A stretch of 64,000 nucleotides of DNA from Mobula hypostoma (Eukaryota), in contig NC_086097.1 of assembly GCF_963921235.1 (NCBI RefSeq), forward strand, positions 2,294,001 through 2,358,000, in the 5' to 3' direction. A program made the position numbers and the translations under genes. Under the pieces are notes generated by a model. That model ran no database searches, was not told the origin of the DNA, and was given only the letters and a program-made list of their open reading frames with translations. Shown here in pieces: positions 47,011 through 60,156 of the stretch; within the stretch, counting starts at the first letter, position 1, and every line of letters begins with the position of its first letter.

Positions 47011-47801
47011 TGTATTCCTGAGCTATTAGCAGCTCTCCTAGCTGGCCCCAGAGAGAGTTCACAAGCTCACTCATCCAAATACGGACACTGTCTGAAACTA
47101 TGTCCTGAAATGTAACTAATTATATACCTGTTGGCTATTACAGACACTAATAAGAGCTCAGAGAAGTCTCAAATCTTTTACAGCTGAAGGCAACTTGCTG
47201 TCAGCAAAATGAGAAAATGCTTTCATGTTCCAACATTCTACAGCAACTTAAAGCAAATTTATTACCAAACGTTACCACGTACAACCCAAGATTCATTTTC
47301 CTGCAGACATACTCAGTAAATCCGAAAAAGACAATCGAATCAATGGAAGACCACACTCCACAAGACGGACAACATCCAAGACAACAAACTGCGCAAATAT
47401 GAAAGAAAAAATAATAATAGTAATAAATAACTAAGCAGTTAAGCAGAGCAGGAGATGAAGACCCCTAGAAGGTGAAGCCATAGGTTGTAGGAATAGCTCA
47501 GTGTTGGGGTGAGTGAAATTATCCCCTCTGGATGGTTGAGGGGTAATAACTGTTCCTGAACCTGCTGGTGTAGATCCTAAAGATCCCATGCCTTCTTGCC
47601 AATAGCAGTGGCAAGACAGCATGGCCTGGAAGGCGGCGTGGGCCCTGAGACTCCTGTACCTGCTTCCTGATGACAGCGGTGAGAAGAGAGCATTACCTGC
47701 TTGATGGGGGTCCTGAGACTCCTGCACCTCCCTCCTAATGACAGCAATGAGAAGAGAGCGTGGCCTGGATGCTCGGTCACAAGTAGGCATTGAGATGCAT
47801 A

Positions 47802-49302
47802 CTCCCTCAATGTCGCAAAAACAAAGGAGCTGGTTGTGGATTACAGGAGGAATGGAGACGGGCCAACCCCTACTGACATCAATGGATCTGGGGTTGAAAG
47901 GGTGAACAGTCTTAAGTTCCTCGGCATCCACATCACTGAGGATCTCACGTGGTCTGTACGTACCGGCTGTGTGGTGAAAAAGGCACAACAACGCCTCTTT
48001 CACCTCAGGCGGTTGAGGAGGTTTGCCATGAGTCCCCAGATTCTAAGGATGTTCTATAGGGGCACAATTGAGAGCATCCTGACTGGCTGCATCACTGCCT
48101 GGTATGGGAAATGTACCTCCCTTAATCGCAGGACTCTGCAGAGAGTGGTGTGGACAGCCCAGCACATCTGTAGTTGTGAATTTCCCAAGATTCAGGACAT
48201 ACAAGAAACTGAGTGGGAAATGGCATGCTTGAAAGCCCAAGAACAATCAATTAACACGAGAATGAAGCTACTACAATACAGATGGTTAATGAGAACTTAT
48301 ATTACCCTGGTCAAACTGAACCGTTGGTCCCCTGACATCCCGGACACTTGTGTTAAACATTTAGAAGGGTACTCTGTTTCACTACGTATGGGACTGTCCA
48401 AAATTTTAAAAAATACTGGAAAACAGTTGTTCAGACTATATCTGAGATTGTTGGAGTAAAGGTGCCTCACCAAGCAAAAATGTGTCTACTAGGTATATAT
48501 CCAAAGAACTTTACTGTTAGTTCAAAACAGTCAACTTTAATTGACTTTGGACTCCTGCAGGCCAGGAGGATGATAGCTTTATCCTGGAGAAAAATGGACA
48601 TACCTTCGATACATGTATGGGTGAAGGAGATGGCATCTTGTATTGTATTGGAGAGGCTGACTTACATAACCAGAGGAAGGGCAGGAGAATTTGAAAATGC
48701 GTGGAAACCTTTATTGGAGTTTCTTGGATGTCAAGCTGCACAGTCATTTTGAAATAGCTGTGTGTTGTTGAATGCTTCTATGGTTTCTTCTCTGATGTGT
48801 TTTTATTTTATTTCTTTGTTAAATATGTGAAATGTTATATTTCTTTTCCTTTGATGATTGTGCAAAACATGTTTCACTATTTAGTTTAATTATTATTATT
48901 GTTTATTTGTATATGTGTAATATATGTAAAATTCAATAAAAATATTGTTTAAAAAAATAAAAAATAAAAAAATAAACAAAGACAGGTGTGTAAAAAGGGC
49001 CCGTAGGATCATTGGGGACCCGAGTCACCCCAACCACAATCTATTCCAGCTGCTACCATCCAGGAAACGGTACCGCAGCATAAAAGCCAGGACCAACAGG
49101 CTCCAGGACAGCTTCTTCCACCAGGCCATCAGACTGATTAATTCATGCTGATTAGAGTGCATTCTATGTTACATTGACTATTCTATTTATTATAAATTAC
49201 TATGACTGCACATTGCACATTTAGACGGAGACGTAACGTAAAGATTTTTACTCCTCATGTATGTAAAGGATGTAAGAAATAAAGTCAATTCAAATTCAAT
49301 TC
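47802..49302 (+). mobile_element. Rex1/Babar 3' portion, interrupted by L1
   Basis: LNVAKTKELVVDYRR...KKAQQRLFHLRRLRRF...IQDI, resuming at 48976 with KDRCVKRARRIIGDPSHP; (caatt)n tail. Confidence 0.9.
48205..48975 (+). mobile_element. L1-clade LINE 3' fragment with poly(A)
   Basis: WEMAC...SINTRMKLLQYRWLMRTY...TCVK (ORF2 Cys-rich C-terminus)...ARRMIALSWRK...F..AWKP; T-rich UTR, AATAAA and an A-rich tail; possible ACAA TSD. Confidence 0.85.
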
Positions 49303-49611
49303 AGAAGAGAGCATGGCCTGGATGCTCAGTCACGAGCATGCATTTAGAAGAATAGGTTAAACTTTTGCTTCAACTGGCTCAGCATTGCAGATTCCCTTTA
49401 TCTTCTGTTTCTCACCAATGCCATTGCCAATTCGATCCTTGAAAACAACCTGCTTGCAAGTTTGGACTTTGTCCACATGAAAGTCATTCATGTATCAATT
49501 GTAAGTGCTAGCAATTTATCAGACCAAAGTCATTTGGGGTACTCCTATAAGTTCACTGGCTGAAGTCAGCTCCGATGTCAAATACAATTTGGAAAGAGTG
49601 GCTCTCCTTTA

Positions 49612-49860
49612 TGGGCAGTATGGTGGTGTAGCGATCAGTATAATGCTTTACAGTGCCAGCTACCTGAGTTCAATTTCTGCCGCTGTCTGAAAGGAGTGTG
49701 ATCATGCGGGTTTCCCCTGGGTGCTCCAGTTTCCAACCCCATTCCAAAGTGAAGATGGTGTGGGTTAATTGGTCACATGGAGCATGATGTAACGAGGAAG
49801 TGGAGCTCGCTGGCCAGAAGGGCTTGATACCATGCTGTATCTCCAAATAAATACAAATAA
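49612..49860 (+). mobile_element. V-SINE (HE1-like), near full length
   Basis: A-box-like tggtgtagcga, B-box-like gagttcaatttc, V-domain gcgggtttcccctgggtgctccagtttcc, and a CR1-like tail gccagaagggc...tgctgtatctccaaataaa. Confidence 0.75.
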
Positions 49861-50737
49861 ACAAGTCTGTTCATTTCTTCATTCTTTAAAATGTTAAAAT
49901 GAATTTTCTACAGCTTGGCTAAAGTCAGTGTGTTTGGAAGTTCTAAAAGATTGAACCAAGCTGCAAATAGAGCTGTAGGGCATGTAAAGTTGTGTGAAAA
50001 TCAAATCGAAATGCAGAGTTAATCAGAAAAATTAACAGAAGCAATGCAGAACTACACCGCGCTGTCAGGGTCACCTCCCTTACTACACAAAGGAACGATG
50101 ACGAAAGATTCGAAACAGTTGTACATTCTCAAATAGAATTGAGCAAGAAGTCTGACCTGCAAGAACCAGCCTCAAATTCATCGCATTTACTTTGACAAAC
50201 ATCACTGATTTATTCCCAAATGTAGTTATGACCTCTGTGTAGATTTCAACTGAAACTCTCCCACACATTCCAACCTTCTCATCTTTGGCCTCTTAAAGCA
50301 TTCCAAATGTCCAGGAGTGGTATCATTTCCCGGTCACTCTTTCTTGTTCTATTCTGAACAATTACTTCAGATTCGAACTGCTTCTTCATTTTCCGACTCA
50401 TAGCCATTTTGTCCTTCAAAAGTCTCCTACATTTTCCACTAGGCTCACTACCTTTCACCTCACACTGTTTATATAGAGTAGTTTTGTGAGACAAGGGATA
50501 AGTTAACTGCTGCCTTTAACCATTATGCATCATATTTACCTATCCTTTGTTCTACAACCTAGCCAATCATCTGGAAAGGACTACAAGCCTCCAATGAATG
50601 CAGAGTAAACATGACTGCTCTGCTCACACATTTCTTACTGTGTTCAGAAATTCAAATCAAAACATTCTGAGTGTTTGAAATTATGACATCAACATTGACT
50701 TTGGAAAATTTCTGAGGTGTAACAGAAATTAAATTTA

Positions 50738-51583
50738 TACTCAGTGGTCACTTTAGATTTTGGGGTTACACCTGCTCATTAATGCAAGTATCTAATCAGC
50801 CAATCGTGGCAGCAACTCAATACATAAAAGCATACAGACATGGTCAAGAGGTTCAGTTGTTGTTCAGATCAGACATCAGAATGGGGAAGAGGTGTAATGT
50901 AAGTGACTTCAACTGTGCAATGATAGCCTCATGACTACAGGACATAGTCTCAAGATTCGGGGGAGTAAATTTAGGATGGAGATGAGGAACAGCAGCTTTT
51001 CCCAGGGGTGGTGAATCTGTGGAGGCTACCCCAGTAAATATATTTAAAACATGGTTGAATTGATTTTTGCATAGTAAGGGAATTAAGGGTTATGGGGAAA
51101 AAACAAGTAGATGGAGATGAGACCATGGCTAGATCAGCCATGATCTTAGTGAATGGTGGAGCAGACTCGATGGGCCAGATGGTGTACTCCTGCTCCTATT
51201 CCTTATGTTCTTATGAGTGTTGGTGCCAGATGGGGTGGTTAGAGTACCTTAAAAACTGTTGATCTCTTGGGGTTTTCAAGCGTAACAGTCTCTAGAGTTT
51301 ACAGAGGATGGTGCGAAAAATAAAAACCTTCCAGTTAGCAGCAGCTCTTGTGGTGAAAATGCCTTGTTAATGAGGTCAGAGGAGAACGGTCACACTCATT
51401 TAAGCTGACAGAAAGGCAACAGTAGCTCAAATAACCATGTTACAACTGTGATGTGCAGGAGAGCGTCTCTAAATGCACAACATTTCAACCTTGAAATGGA
51501 TGGGCTACAGCAGCAGAAGATCATGAACACACACGTCATGGCCATTTTATTAGGTACACTTTAGTTAAAGTGGTCACTGAGAG
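50738..51583 (+). mobile_element. Internally deleted Tc1-like transposon, interrupted by CR1 (~50925-51215)
   Basis: TIRs tactcagtggtcacttt / aaagtggtcactgagag with flanking TA. Transposase N-terminal remnants MGK...SDF...VGAR.G...DLLGFS...VSRVYR...RGQRR...DRKATVAQIT...MGYSSRR. Confidence 0.85.
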
Positions 51584-52094
51584 TATTTGTGTCAGTGACT
51601 CCAGGGAATGTTTAAAAAGACACACAGCTACAACAGTCGAGGTTACAACTTTCTCAAAAGATTCAAACCGCTGCTAGAACTAAAATAAAAAGTGAACACA
51701 CAGAAAGTAAACCAGTCTGAGCGTCTGATCAGGAAACAGATAAATTCACTTTTCTTACCAACACTTAATCAGTTCCAGAAGGTACAGGAGCATTAGGACC
51801 AAGAATGCCAGACTGGACAGAGCTTCTTCCCTCTAGCTGTGACCCTGCCATCATGAAGGTCTGGTCACTAGGACAGCAAGTTGTTTACTGTTTACCTGTG
51901 TTGTGTACTCCATGCACACGAAATTATTTGAAAAAAAAATATATAGATATATATATGGATATAGATACGTTTTGAGGGTGCATTGTGTCCAAAGGAATGC
52001 TGTTTCATTTGGTTGAATATCGGTACAGTCAGATGACAATAAACTTCAACTTACAGGAGAGGCAGTGGTAACTGATCAATTCCCATTGAGTTGG

Positions 52095-52220
52095 AGACAC
52101 AAAAGACTGCAGATGTTGCAATATGGGGAAATAGCTGACGTTTCAGGCCGAGATCTTCATCTTCACGAGTCCTTATGAAAGGACTTGGCCCAAAACGGTG
52201 TGTTTATTCATTTCTTTGCA
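52095..52220. mobile_element. Degenerate Penelope inverted terminal fragment
   Basis: ctgcagatg start, gacgtttcaggccgagatcttcatc (minus hammerhead-like), then gtccttatgaaaggacttggcccaaaacg (plus hammerhead-like). Confidence 0.5.
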
Positions 52221-53002
52221 TGAGCAAGGAAGTGGACTAAATGCCTAACTCTTGAGAGAGCCATCAAAGGCACGATGGACTAAATGGTCCCTCTTCTCAA
52301 TGTGAACACACCAAGTATTAGCTCACTCCCTCAGAAACAAATAAGTCCAATATTTGTTCAAATGAGGTGGTGAGCCCTATTCCAGTTGGGTGATTCCTCA
52401 TCAAATCAAGAGTTTCAGCACATTTCAAACATTGTCTTAAACTTGAATCTTAGAAGAGTAAGAATGAGAGACCAGCCCTGTCAATCCCACTGGACTGGAG
52501 GATGTGGCACGACACAGAAAGAGTCTGGCAAATCAGCCATTCACTCCAAAATGCTCATTGATCAGGTTCATCTCATCACATCTGTTGAGAGAGCAAATTC
52601 TGCGAGATGGAGGGGGAAGGAATAATGATGGACAGGTAAAACAGAAGAGGTAACAGCAGTTGTGTTTCTTTGCCTCTTGCATAGATCTGCATAAATGATC
52701 AGTTGAGACTGGAGTTGAACTTTACCATTCCTGCATGGGATGTTTGTAGGCAGGTTGGACTTGTGGATTTATCAGTGAACAGATAGTGAGCTATATCTCC
52801 AAGAGACAGAACTCAGCATAGCAATCAAAAATATATCAAAATAAAAACTTTTCTCCAATTAAAATACCTTCTGTAACAACACTTCTAACTAGGGCTGCAG
52901 ATAAGTGTATTTGGAGGAAATAAGAATCAAATTTGGTGTCATCCATAATAAACGTCCCTCACCTTAAGATGTACCTCACCAATCTACCTTCAAAATACTC
53001 AG

Positions 53003-53513
53003 GTGGGATTGAGTTTAAGAGCCCAGAGGTTGCAACTATATAGGACCCTGCTCAGACCCCACTTGGAGTACTGTGCTCAATTCTGATCACCTCACTACAG
53101 GAAGAGTGCAGAGGAGATTTACAAGGATGTTGCCTGGATTGGGGAGCATGCTTTATGAGAATAGGTTGAGTGAACTTGGCCTTTTCTCCTTGGAGCAACG
53201 GAGGATGAGAGGTGATGGCTAGCACGAGAGGGCACAGTTTTAAGCTGCTTGGAAGTAGGTACAGGAGGAGATGTCAGGGGTAAGTTTTTTTTAAAAACAC
53301 AGAGTGGTGAGTGCATGGAATGGGCTGCCGGCGGCGATGATGGAGACAAAAACGATAGGGTCTTTTAAGAGACTCCTGGATAGGTACATGGAGCTTAGAA
53401 AAATAGAGGGCTATGGGTAAGCCTAGGTAGTTCTAACGTAAGGACATGTTCAGCACAGCTTTGTGGGCTGAAGGGCCTGTATTGTGCTGTATGTTTTCTA
53501 TGTTTCTATGTTC
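53003..53513 (+). mobile_element. CR1 3' fragment with internal deletions
   Basis: Same subfamily as 10400-11375; (tttctatg)n tail. Confidence 0.85.
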
Positions 53514-53564
53514 CTGAAGGTACAAACAAATAGCATGTGCACTGTATTGCATGCTGTTGTATAT

Positions 53565-53970
53565 TGTAAACTCACCCAACTCCATCATGGGCACTGGTCT
53601 GCCCAGCACCGAGGGCATCTTCAAAAGACGATGCCTCAAAAAGGCAGCATCCATCAATAAGGACTCCCACCCTACAGAACGTTCTCTCTTCTCATTGCTA
53701 CCATCAAGGATCAGATACAGGAGCCTGAAGACACACAGTCACTTTCTCAGAACAGCTTCTTCCCCTCTGAATAGACACCGAACCCATGAACTCTACCTCA
53801 GTATTTTTGTCTTTATTTCGCTTACCTTTTGCACTACTTGTTTAATTTACAATTTCATATATTATCGTAATTCATAGTTTTTTAAAATTATGTGTTGCGA
53901 TGTACTGCTGCCACAAAACAACAAATTGCATGGCAAATGCCAGTGATCTGAAACCTGACTTGGATTCGGA
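53565..53970 (+). mobile_element. Rex1-like 3' fragment
   Basis: SIMGTGLPSTEGIFKRRCLKKAASINKDSHP..SLFSLLPSR.RYRSLKTH. Confidence 0.8.
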
Positions 53971-54622
53971 TATGAGGAGAGCAGGATTTACCACACACAC
54001 TTTACCACCACAGCCTACACTGATATATCATCATCTAAACCCATGTGGCCAATTTCACACCAGCCAAAAGATTGCGGCTTATTCAGAAACGGCATGCCAA
54101 ATTCAAAGTTCAAAAGTTCAAAGAACGTCTATTATCAAAGTATGTGTAGTTTATACAGCCTTGAGGGTCATCTCCTTACACGCAGCCACAAAACACAGAA
54201 ACGCAACAGAACCCATCAAGACAAAAAAAGACCAAACACCCAACGTAGAGAGAGAAAAACAAATCATTCAAACAATTAAACCAAATAGCATTCAAATAAC
54301 AGGAACTGGGTTTACTCTAATAAAAAAGGCAAAAAAGATGACTAATGAAATGCAGAGGTTATAACATCGCTAACAGAACAATAATTAGGGAGAAGGAGAA
54401 GAAATATAAAAGGGAGGAAATTTCCACTTAACCATTGCCTTCACATCCCTTTGATCATTTATTCAAATTAAAATCAAAAAATGGGCCCACACAGCCTCAT
54501 GGGCTTCTCACATGGCCAATCAGGTTAACATTACACTTGCAAAGAAAACTATCCTTATTCTAAGGGAAGCATTTCAATCACCATTGCACAGTTGTGAAAT
54601 ATTTCATACTCATCATGAATTC

Positions 54623-55000
54623 AAGATTCAAGATTCAAAAAACTTTATTGTCATTCTAACTATACATCAGCTCTGCAGGGCAGAATGAGACAGCGTTTCT
54701 CAGGGGCAGTGCAATCATAACATAACAAACACAACACTAAATAATAAACATAACAATAAATAGTAAAACACAACAGCCACATGTCAGTTAAATCAGTTAT
54801 AAGTGTCCAGTGCAAGTTATAAGTGTCCAAAGCAGAGTCAGGTGGAGCAGCTATTTAGCAGTCTGACTGCCTGTGGGAGGAAGCTGTTTAGTAGCCTTGT
54901 GGTTTAGTTCTGATGCTCCTGTAACGTTTGCCTGATGGCAGAAGAACAAACAGTTCATGGAGAGGGTGTGAGGGGTCTTTAATGAGGTACCGTGTCTTCT
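54623..55000 (-). mobile_element. Rex1-like 3' end
   Basis: Minus strand IKDPSHPLHELFVLLPSGKRYRSIR...SFLPQAVRLLN; aataaag...(ttgaatc)n tail. Confidence 0.8.
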
Positions 55001-55174
55001 GAAATTCCATCTGAAACAAAGTTCGTGAAAAGCTATTTTTTTTTAAGCTATAACTCATCTCCTTCTACCTCCTTGGTCTCATAACTACCCTCTAAAATGA
55101 GTGAGGAAGCCAGTTAAGGATGTGGACGTGGATGCAAGGCTACACAACATGTGACATTCACAGTCAACAATAAA

Positions 55175-55970
55175 TTCAACATTGAAGATTGTTTACTGCC
55201 ATTTCCAGTACACAAGTGCAAAGGAGAATGAAATAATTATTACTCCACATCTAATGCAGCGCAAAAAAAAATAAAGAACACAAAAATAAAATCACATTAA
55301 TAAGATAGCTTATAGACATAGATTGATTGTATGTCCAAAAACTGACGCTAAGCAAAGGAGTGACTGACAGGAAATGATAAAGTAGTGGTGGCTGGGGCTG
55401 TGGAGGGGTGGGTTAGTGGGTAGAGGTGTTGGTCAGCCTTACTGCTTGGGGAAAATACCTGTTTTTGAGTCTGGTGGTCCTGGTGTGGATGCCATGTAGC
55501 CTTCTCCCTGATGGGAGTGGGACAAACAGTCCATAAGCAGGGTGGGTGGGATCCCTCATGATGTTGCTGGTCCCTTTCCAGCACCTTTCTGTACATACGT
55601 CTTTGATGGTGGGTAGGGTGGTGCTGGTGATGTGTTGCACAGTTTGGACTACTGTACCTGTCTACTGCAGCGAAGTTCCTGTAGCAAGCAGTATTGCGGT
55701 AGAACGCTCTGTACTGCGTAACTACAGAAGGTTAAAAGGATAGTTCAGCTCTCTTCAGCCTTGTAGTACAGGCATTGGTGAGGTTTCTTCAAGTGTAGAA
55801 TGTGTTCTGGGACCATGAGAGGTTGTGTGTGACATGCACTCGCAGGAGTTTGAAACTGCTCACAGTTCCCACTGCTGTGCTGCTGACGGGAAGAGGTGTG
55901 AATGGTATGAGCTCTCCTGAGGCTGATAACGATTTCCTTTGTCTTGTTAACATTGAGGAAGAGGTTATTT
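55175..55970 (-). mobile_element. Rex1-like 3' fragment
   Basis: LNVNKTKEIVI...LPTIKDV..ERC...RDPTHPAYGLFVPLPSGRR...FPQAVRL. Confidence 0.8.
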
Positions 55971-58112
55971 CTCATATCTCACTCATCAGTATCACACTCT
56001 TAACAAGTATGTTTGCTGTCAGGTCAAACCTGAGGCTGGTGCTGTGCCTGAGGTGTGAATGCCGGGCAAATGGTGAAAGGACTGAGGTGTAGCCAGATGG
56101 GACACCACTGACATCACTTTTGTTCAAACTGGCACCCTCGCCTTTGCCACACTTCCTCAGCAGACTGCTTTGGCTTGTGACTCAGAGGCAAATACGTGAC
56201 AACCGTGCCAATACCTTGACAACAGCAGCCAGTTTCAGAACAGCAAAAAAATTACTAATTAGAAAAACTTGTTTCCTTCTTTACAAAATGGAAAGAAAAG
56301 TCAAAAATTTGGAAACCCTCCTACACTGGCTCGGAAAACGTCACTTTCCTTTATCTGCTGCCTAGCGGGACTGCAAAGACGGCAGTTTGGCGGGCACATT
56401 ATTTCTCTAGGAATCAAAAACTAATCTAAAATCAAAAACTAAGTCAAGTGCTACCAAAGAAAACAAGTTTGCTGGGCAAATGCCCAAAAGAACCATTTTG
56501 CTGAAGTTCATGATCTGTCTATATATAAGTAGCTTGTTCACGCTTGATCACTGGGAACCAACGTCATTCTCCATTACATCCATTCAAGAAGAAGCAGTAA
56601 CTACACTGAATTTGCCAGAAGACGTCACAACAGATTTACATCAGGGACCTGGACCCGACTCTTCTATTGAAGGAGAGCAGCTGGGTTCCCAGCATTCTTC
56701 AGTGTGGCACTACTATTTTGGCAGGAATGGGATAACAACTTTGTGCAATTAAAGTGGAGAGAGGATGAGAAATAGTTTTCCCAGGCACAGAATTGCAGAC
56801 ACAACACAGAGAATAATGGAGCTCTTTGCACAGCGAAGATACTTGTTACAGGCGAAGAGAGAGAAAGAACAAACCTCACCCCACAAAAGAAAATATCCTC
56901 AAAGTGGCAGAGCATATTGACAGAAAAGTAACCCAAAGCATTTAGACTGCACAAGTAACAGCTTCAGGAATAGTTACTACCCCTCAACCATCAAGCTCTT
57001 GAATGAATGAGGATAATGACACTCATCTATTGAGATGCTGCTGCAACCAATAATCTCACTTGCACTCTTTATCTTGGTATTTCATGCTCTCATTATTTAT
57101 TGCTATGTACTTATAGTTGCGTTTCAACAGTTTGTTGTCTTCTATGCTCTTACTTTTTTATTGATCCTGTTTACAGTTACTATTCTATAGGTTTGCTGAG
57201 TATGCCCGCAGGAAAAAGAATCTCAGGGTTTACTCAGAGGTAACACAAAGCATTCACTCTGCGCAAGAAAAAAACCCAGAACAACACCTGGCAGACCATT
57301 CACAAAATGATTTGAAGTTCAAGGTAGAAGTGCCCGGCAATCAAAGTACTTCCCTACATTTAAACTGTCAGCTTATAGAAAAAAAGAGCACAAGACCTGC
57401 CAAAATTCAAGGCATAATGAAACCTTTCACTTGAAACCCGAGATGTTGTTCACTGAATACTTCCCAGCTCTTAAGTAAATAGGACAGACAGCCAGACCCC
57501 TAATGTGCACAGTGAAGATAGAAAACTCCTTCTACAATCCCGATGCTAGAGTTTTCCCTTTAGAAACTAGAGGGCATAGCTGAATATACAAAATAGCTAT
57601 TGGGATTAAAGCATGCACTTTTTCAGCAACTCCCCAGATAAGTAATTATGTAAGCATTTATTGCATATAATTTGGCCTCTTTGAACCTTGCTATAAGCAC
57701 GTGGCTCCTTCCTCTGGCTATGGGGCAGCTTCTTCCTACAGGTCATTAGACTTTTAAATTCACATGCCTGTACACTGCAACGGAGTCATAACGCAAAAGG
57801 GATGGACGTAATATTTTTAATAAATTCTATTCAGTAATTCTCCTTGACATGCTCTGGCTAATATCTCCCTGATGTTTATAATATTTTCCAAATCTATTAC
57901 AATGGCCTCATTAGCCAGATCTTCTCTGGAACACACTGTTCACCCAGGCTTGGTGCCAAGTTCAATCAGTCTATGTATATAACTGTTATTTTCACATTGT
58001 GTTTTATAGGATTGCTTTTATATATTTCTTTTGTTTTTTAATGTGCTCTTTATGCTTACTGTTTTTAATACTGCATCGGATCCAGAGTAACAATCATTTC
58101 GCTCCCCTTTAG

Positions 58113-58615
58113 TGGTCGCCTCACTATAGGAAGGATGTGGAAGCATTGGACAGGGTACAGAGGAGATTTACCAGGATGCTGCCTGGTTTAGAGAGTATGC
58201 ATTATGATCAGAGATTAAGGGAGCTAGGGCTTTACTCTTTGGAGAGAAGGAGGATGAGAGGAGACATGATAGAGGTGTACAAGATAATAAGAGGAATAGA
58301 TAGAGTGGATAGCCAGTGCCTCTTCCCCAGGGCACCAGTGCTGAATACAGGAGGACATGGCTTTAAGGTAAGGGTTGGGAAGTTCAAGGGGGATATGAGG
58401 AAGGTTTTTTACTCAGAGAGTGGTTGGTGCATGGAACGCACTGTCTGAGTCAGTGGTGGAGGCAGATACACTAGTGATGTTTAAGAGACTACTAGACAGG
58501 TATATGGAGGAATTTAAGGTGGGGGCTTATATGGGAGGCAGGGTTTGAGGGTTGGCACAACATTGTGGGCCGAAGGGCCTGTACTGTGCTGTACTATCCT
58601 ATGTTCTACGTTCTT
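58113..58615 (+). mobile_element. CR1 3' fragment
   Basis: [25 protein letters not shown]...RGDMIEVYKII; ctatgttcta tail. Confidence 0.88.
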
Positions 58616-59409
58616 TACACTAGCATACTGAAGAATGACAATAAACAATCTTGAATTCCATGGTTTTGAACTTCAGTTAAAACAAATGGAACAGAAAACC
58701 TCATCTTTTCTTTCAAAGGAAAACAATGTCATGTTCATCTTGGTTATGAAAGGCATAAATTAGAGTGGTGGGAAGGCAGCAATGCTACAAGAAATAATCC
58801 AAAGAGAACACCAGTGAGAAAAATGGAAAATTCTTGTAATTCAAAGCCCACGATTTCTGCTTCATGATTCTGATGAATTTTTCCTGAGCTATCATTGAGA
58901 GTATTGTGACCATTTGGTTCCTCATCACCTCCTCCCTCTCTCAGTCCAGTCAGCGGAGAAGATCTCTGACTGTCAGCTACCAACATTAAAAGACCTGTTC
59001 ATCGGCAGAGTGAAGAACAGAGCTGAGAAAGCTACTGCAAAGCTCCACACACCCTAGCAGACAGCTATTCATCAAAGTGCCATCAGGGAGATGCCGTAAG
59101 TCCATCACCACCGCGACTACAGGTCGTCTCTGAAGTTTCTTTCCTGTAGCTATTCAGCTTCTCATCAAAACTCACTCAGGTGTGATACCCTCACTGTCCT
59201 TGCGCAATATTCATTAAAATAGTGGCGCATATTGACAGAGGTAACAAAAGTAAGGTAAGGACATGTTCGGCACAGCTTTATGGGCCAAAGGTTTTTCTAT
59301 GTTCTAAACCATTCAGTCTGTGCAAGTAAAGGAACACTCAATGGTTAAATGGTCTTTTGTGCTCTTTGTACTGTTGCTAATTATTTAGTTTGTTCATATG
59401 TTCACATAT

Positions 59410-59628
59410 TTCTATCTGTGGAATTCGTTGCCACAGGCAGCTGTTGAGTCCAAGTCTTTGGGTATATTTAAGGCAGAGAATGATAGGTTCTTGATTAGTC
59501 AGGACATGAAGGGATACGGGGAGAAGGCAAGAGATAGGGGCCAAGGAAAATGGACTGGCCATGATGAAATGGCAGAGCAGACTCGATGGGCCAAATGGCC
59601 TAATTCTGCTCGTCTGTCTTATGGTCTT
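59410..59628 (+). mobile_element. CR1 3' end
   Basis: LWNSLPQAAVE.KSLGIFKAE.DRFLISQ..KGYGEKA. Confidence 0.8.
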
Positions 59629-60156
59629 CAATTTGATTATTGATGTTTGCGTATGTGACCGTTCTGCTGACTGCTGATTGCTCGTAGCTGTTTGCAGTAT
59701 TGTCTTGTAAATTGTTGGCTGTTATTGTGTAGTCTGTTATGTTATTGTCCTGTGTTTTACGCTTGGCACCAAACCATAATGAATTCTGTCTGGTATGTTG
59801 CACATACTGTACTAGCAATAAAGTGATTTTGATCCTCAATCCAGAACAGTGCACAGAATTCATTTCCCAGGAAAAGTGTGACTTCATTTCTGTGACAGGG
59901 AGAAACAACACTCACTGGCAAAACTGGTTTGCAGACTTTTAATTATTGACTTATGATGTTTGAAACAAAGCACTAACATGCAGTGAAGTTCCCCGAATTT
60001 CCAGAAGAAACCTGGCAGGAAGAAAACAAATGACAGACGCATGGAACAATCACAAATACTGAGGAAAACAGGAATGGGAACGGAACTCGGAATCAGAATT
60101 ACTGCATCACACAACAATGCCAATAATCAGTACCAGACTTTTAGGAAAGTAAAAGG

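Noticed and set aside
47836..48459. Novel 207-aa fusion gene
   Set aside because: Chance in-frame junction of an L1 fragment inserted in Rex1. Both parts are truncated and the L1 part is frameshifted downstream.
49612..49690. tRNA gene
   Set aside because: A/B-box-like motifs continue into a V-domain and LINE-like tail, so this is a SINE head, and no intact cloverleaf is seen.
50354..50378. ITPK1 micro-exon candidate (ESEVIVQ on the minus strand)
   Set aside because: No GT donor follows the CAG, and it does not match KRG(M/I)EVVQ.
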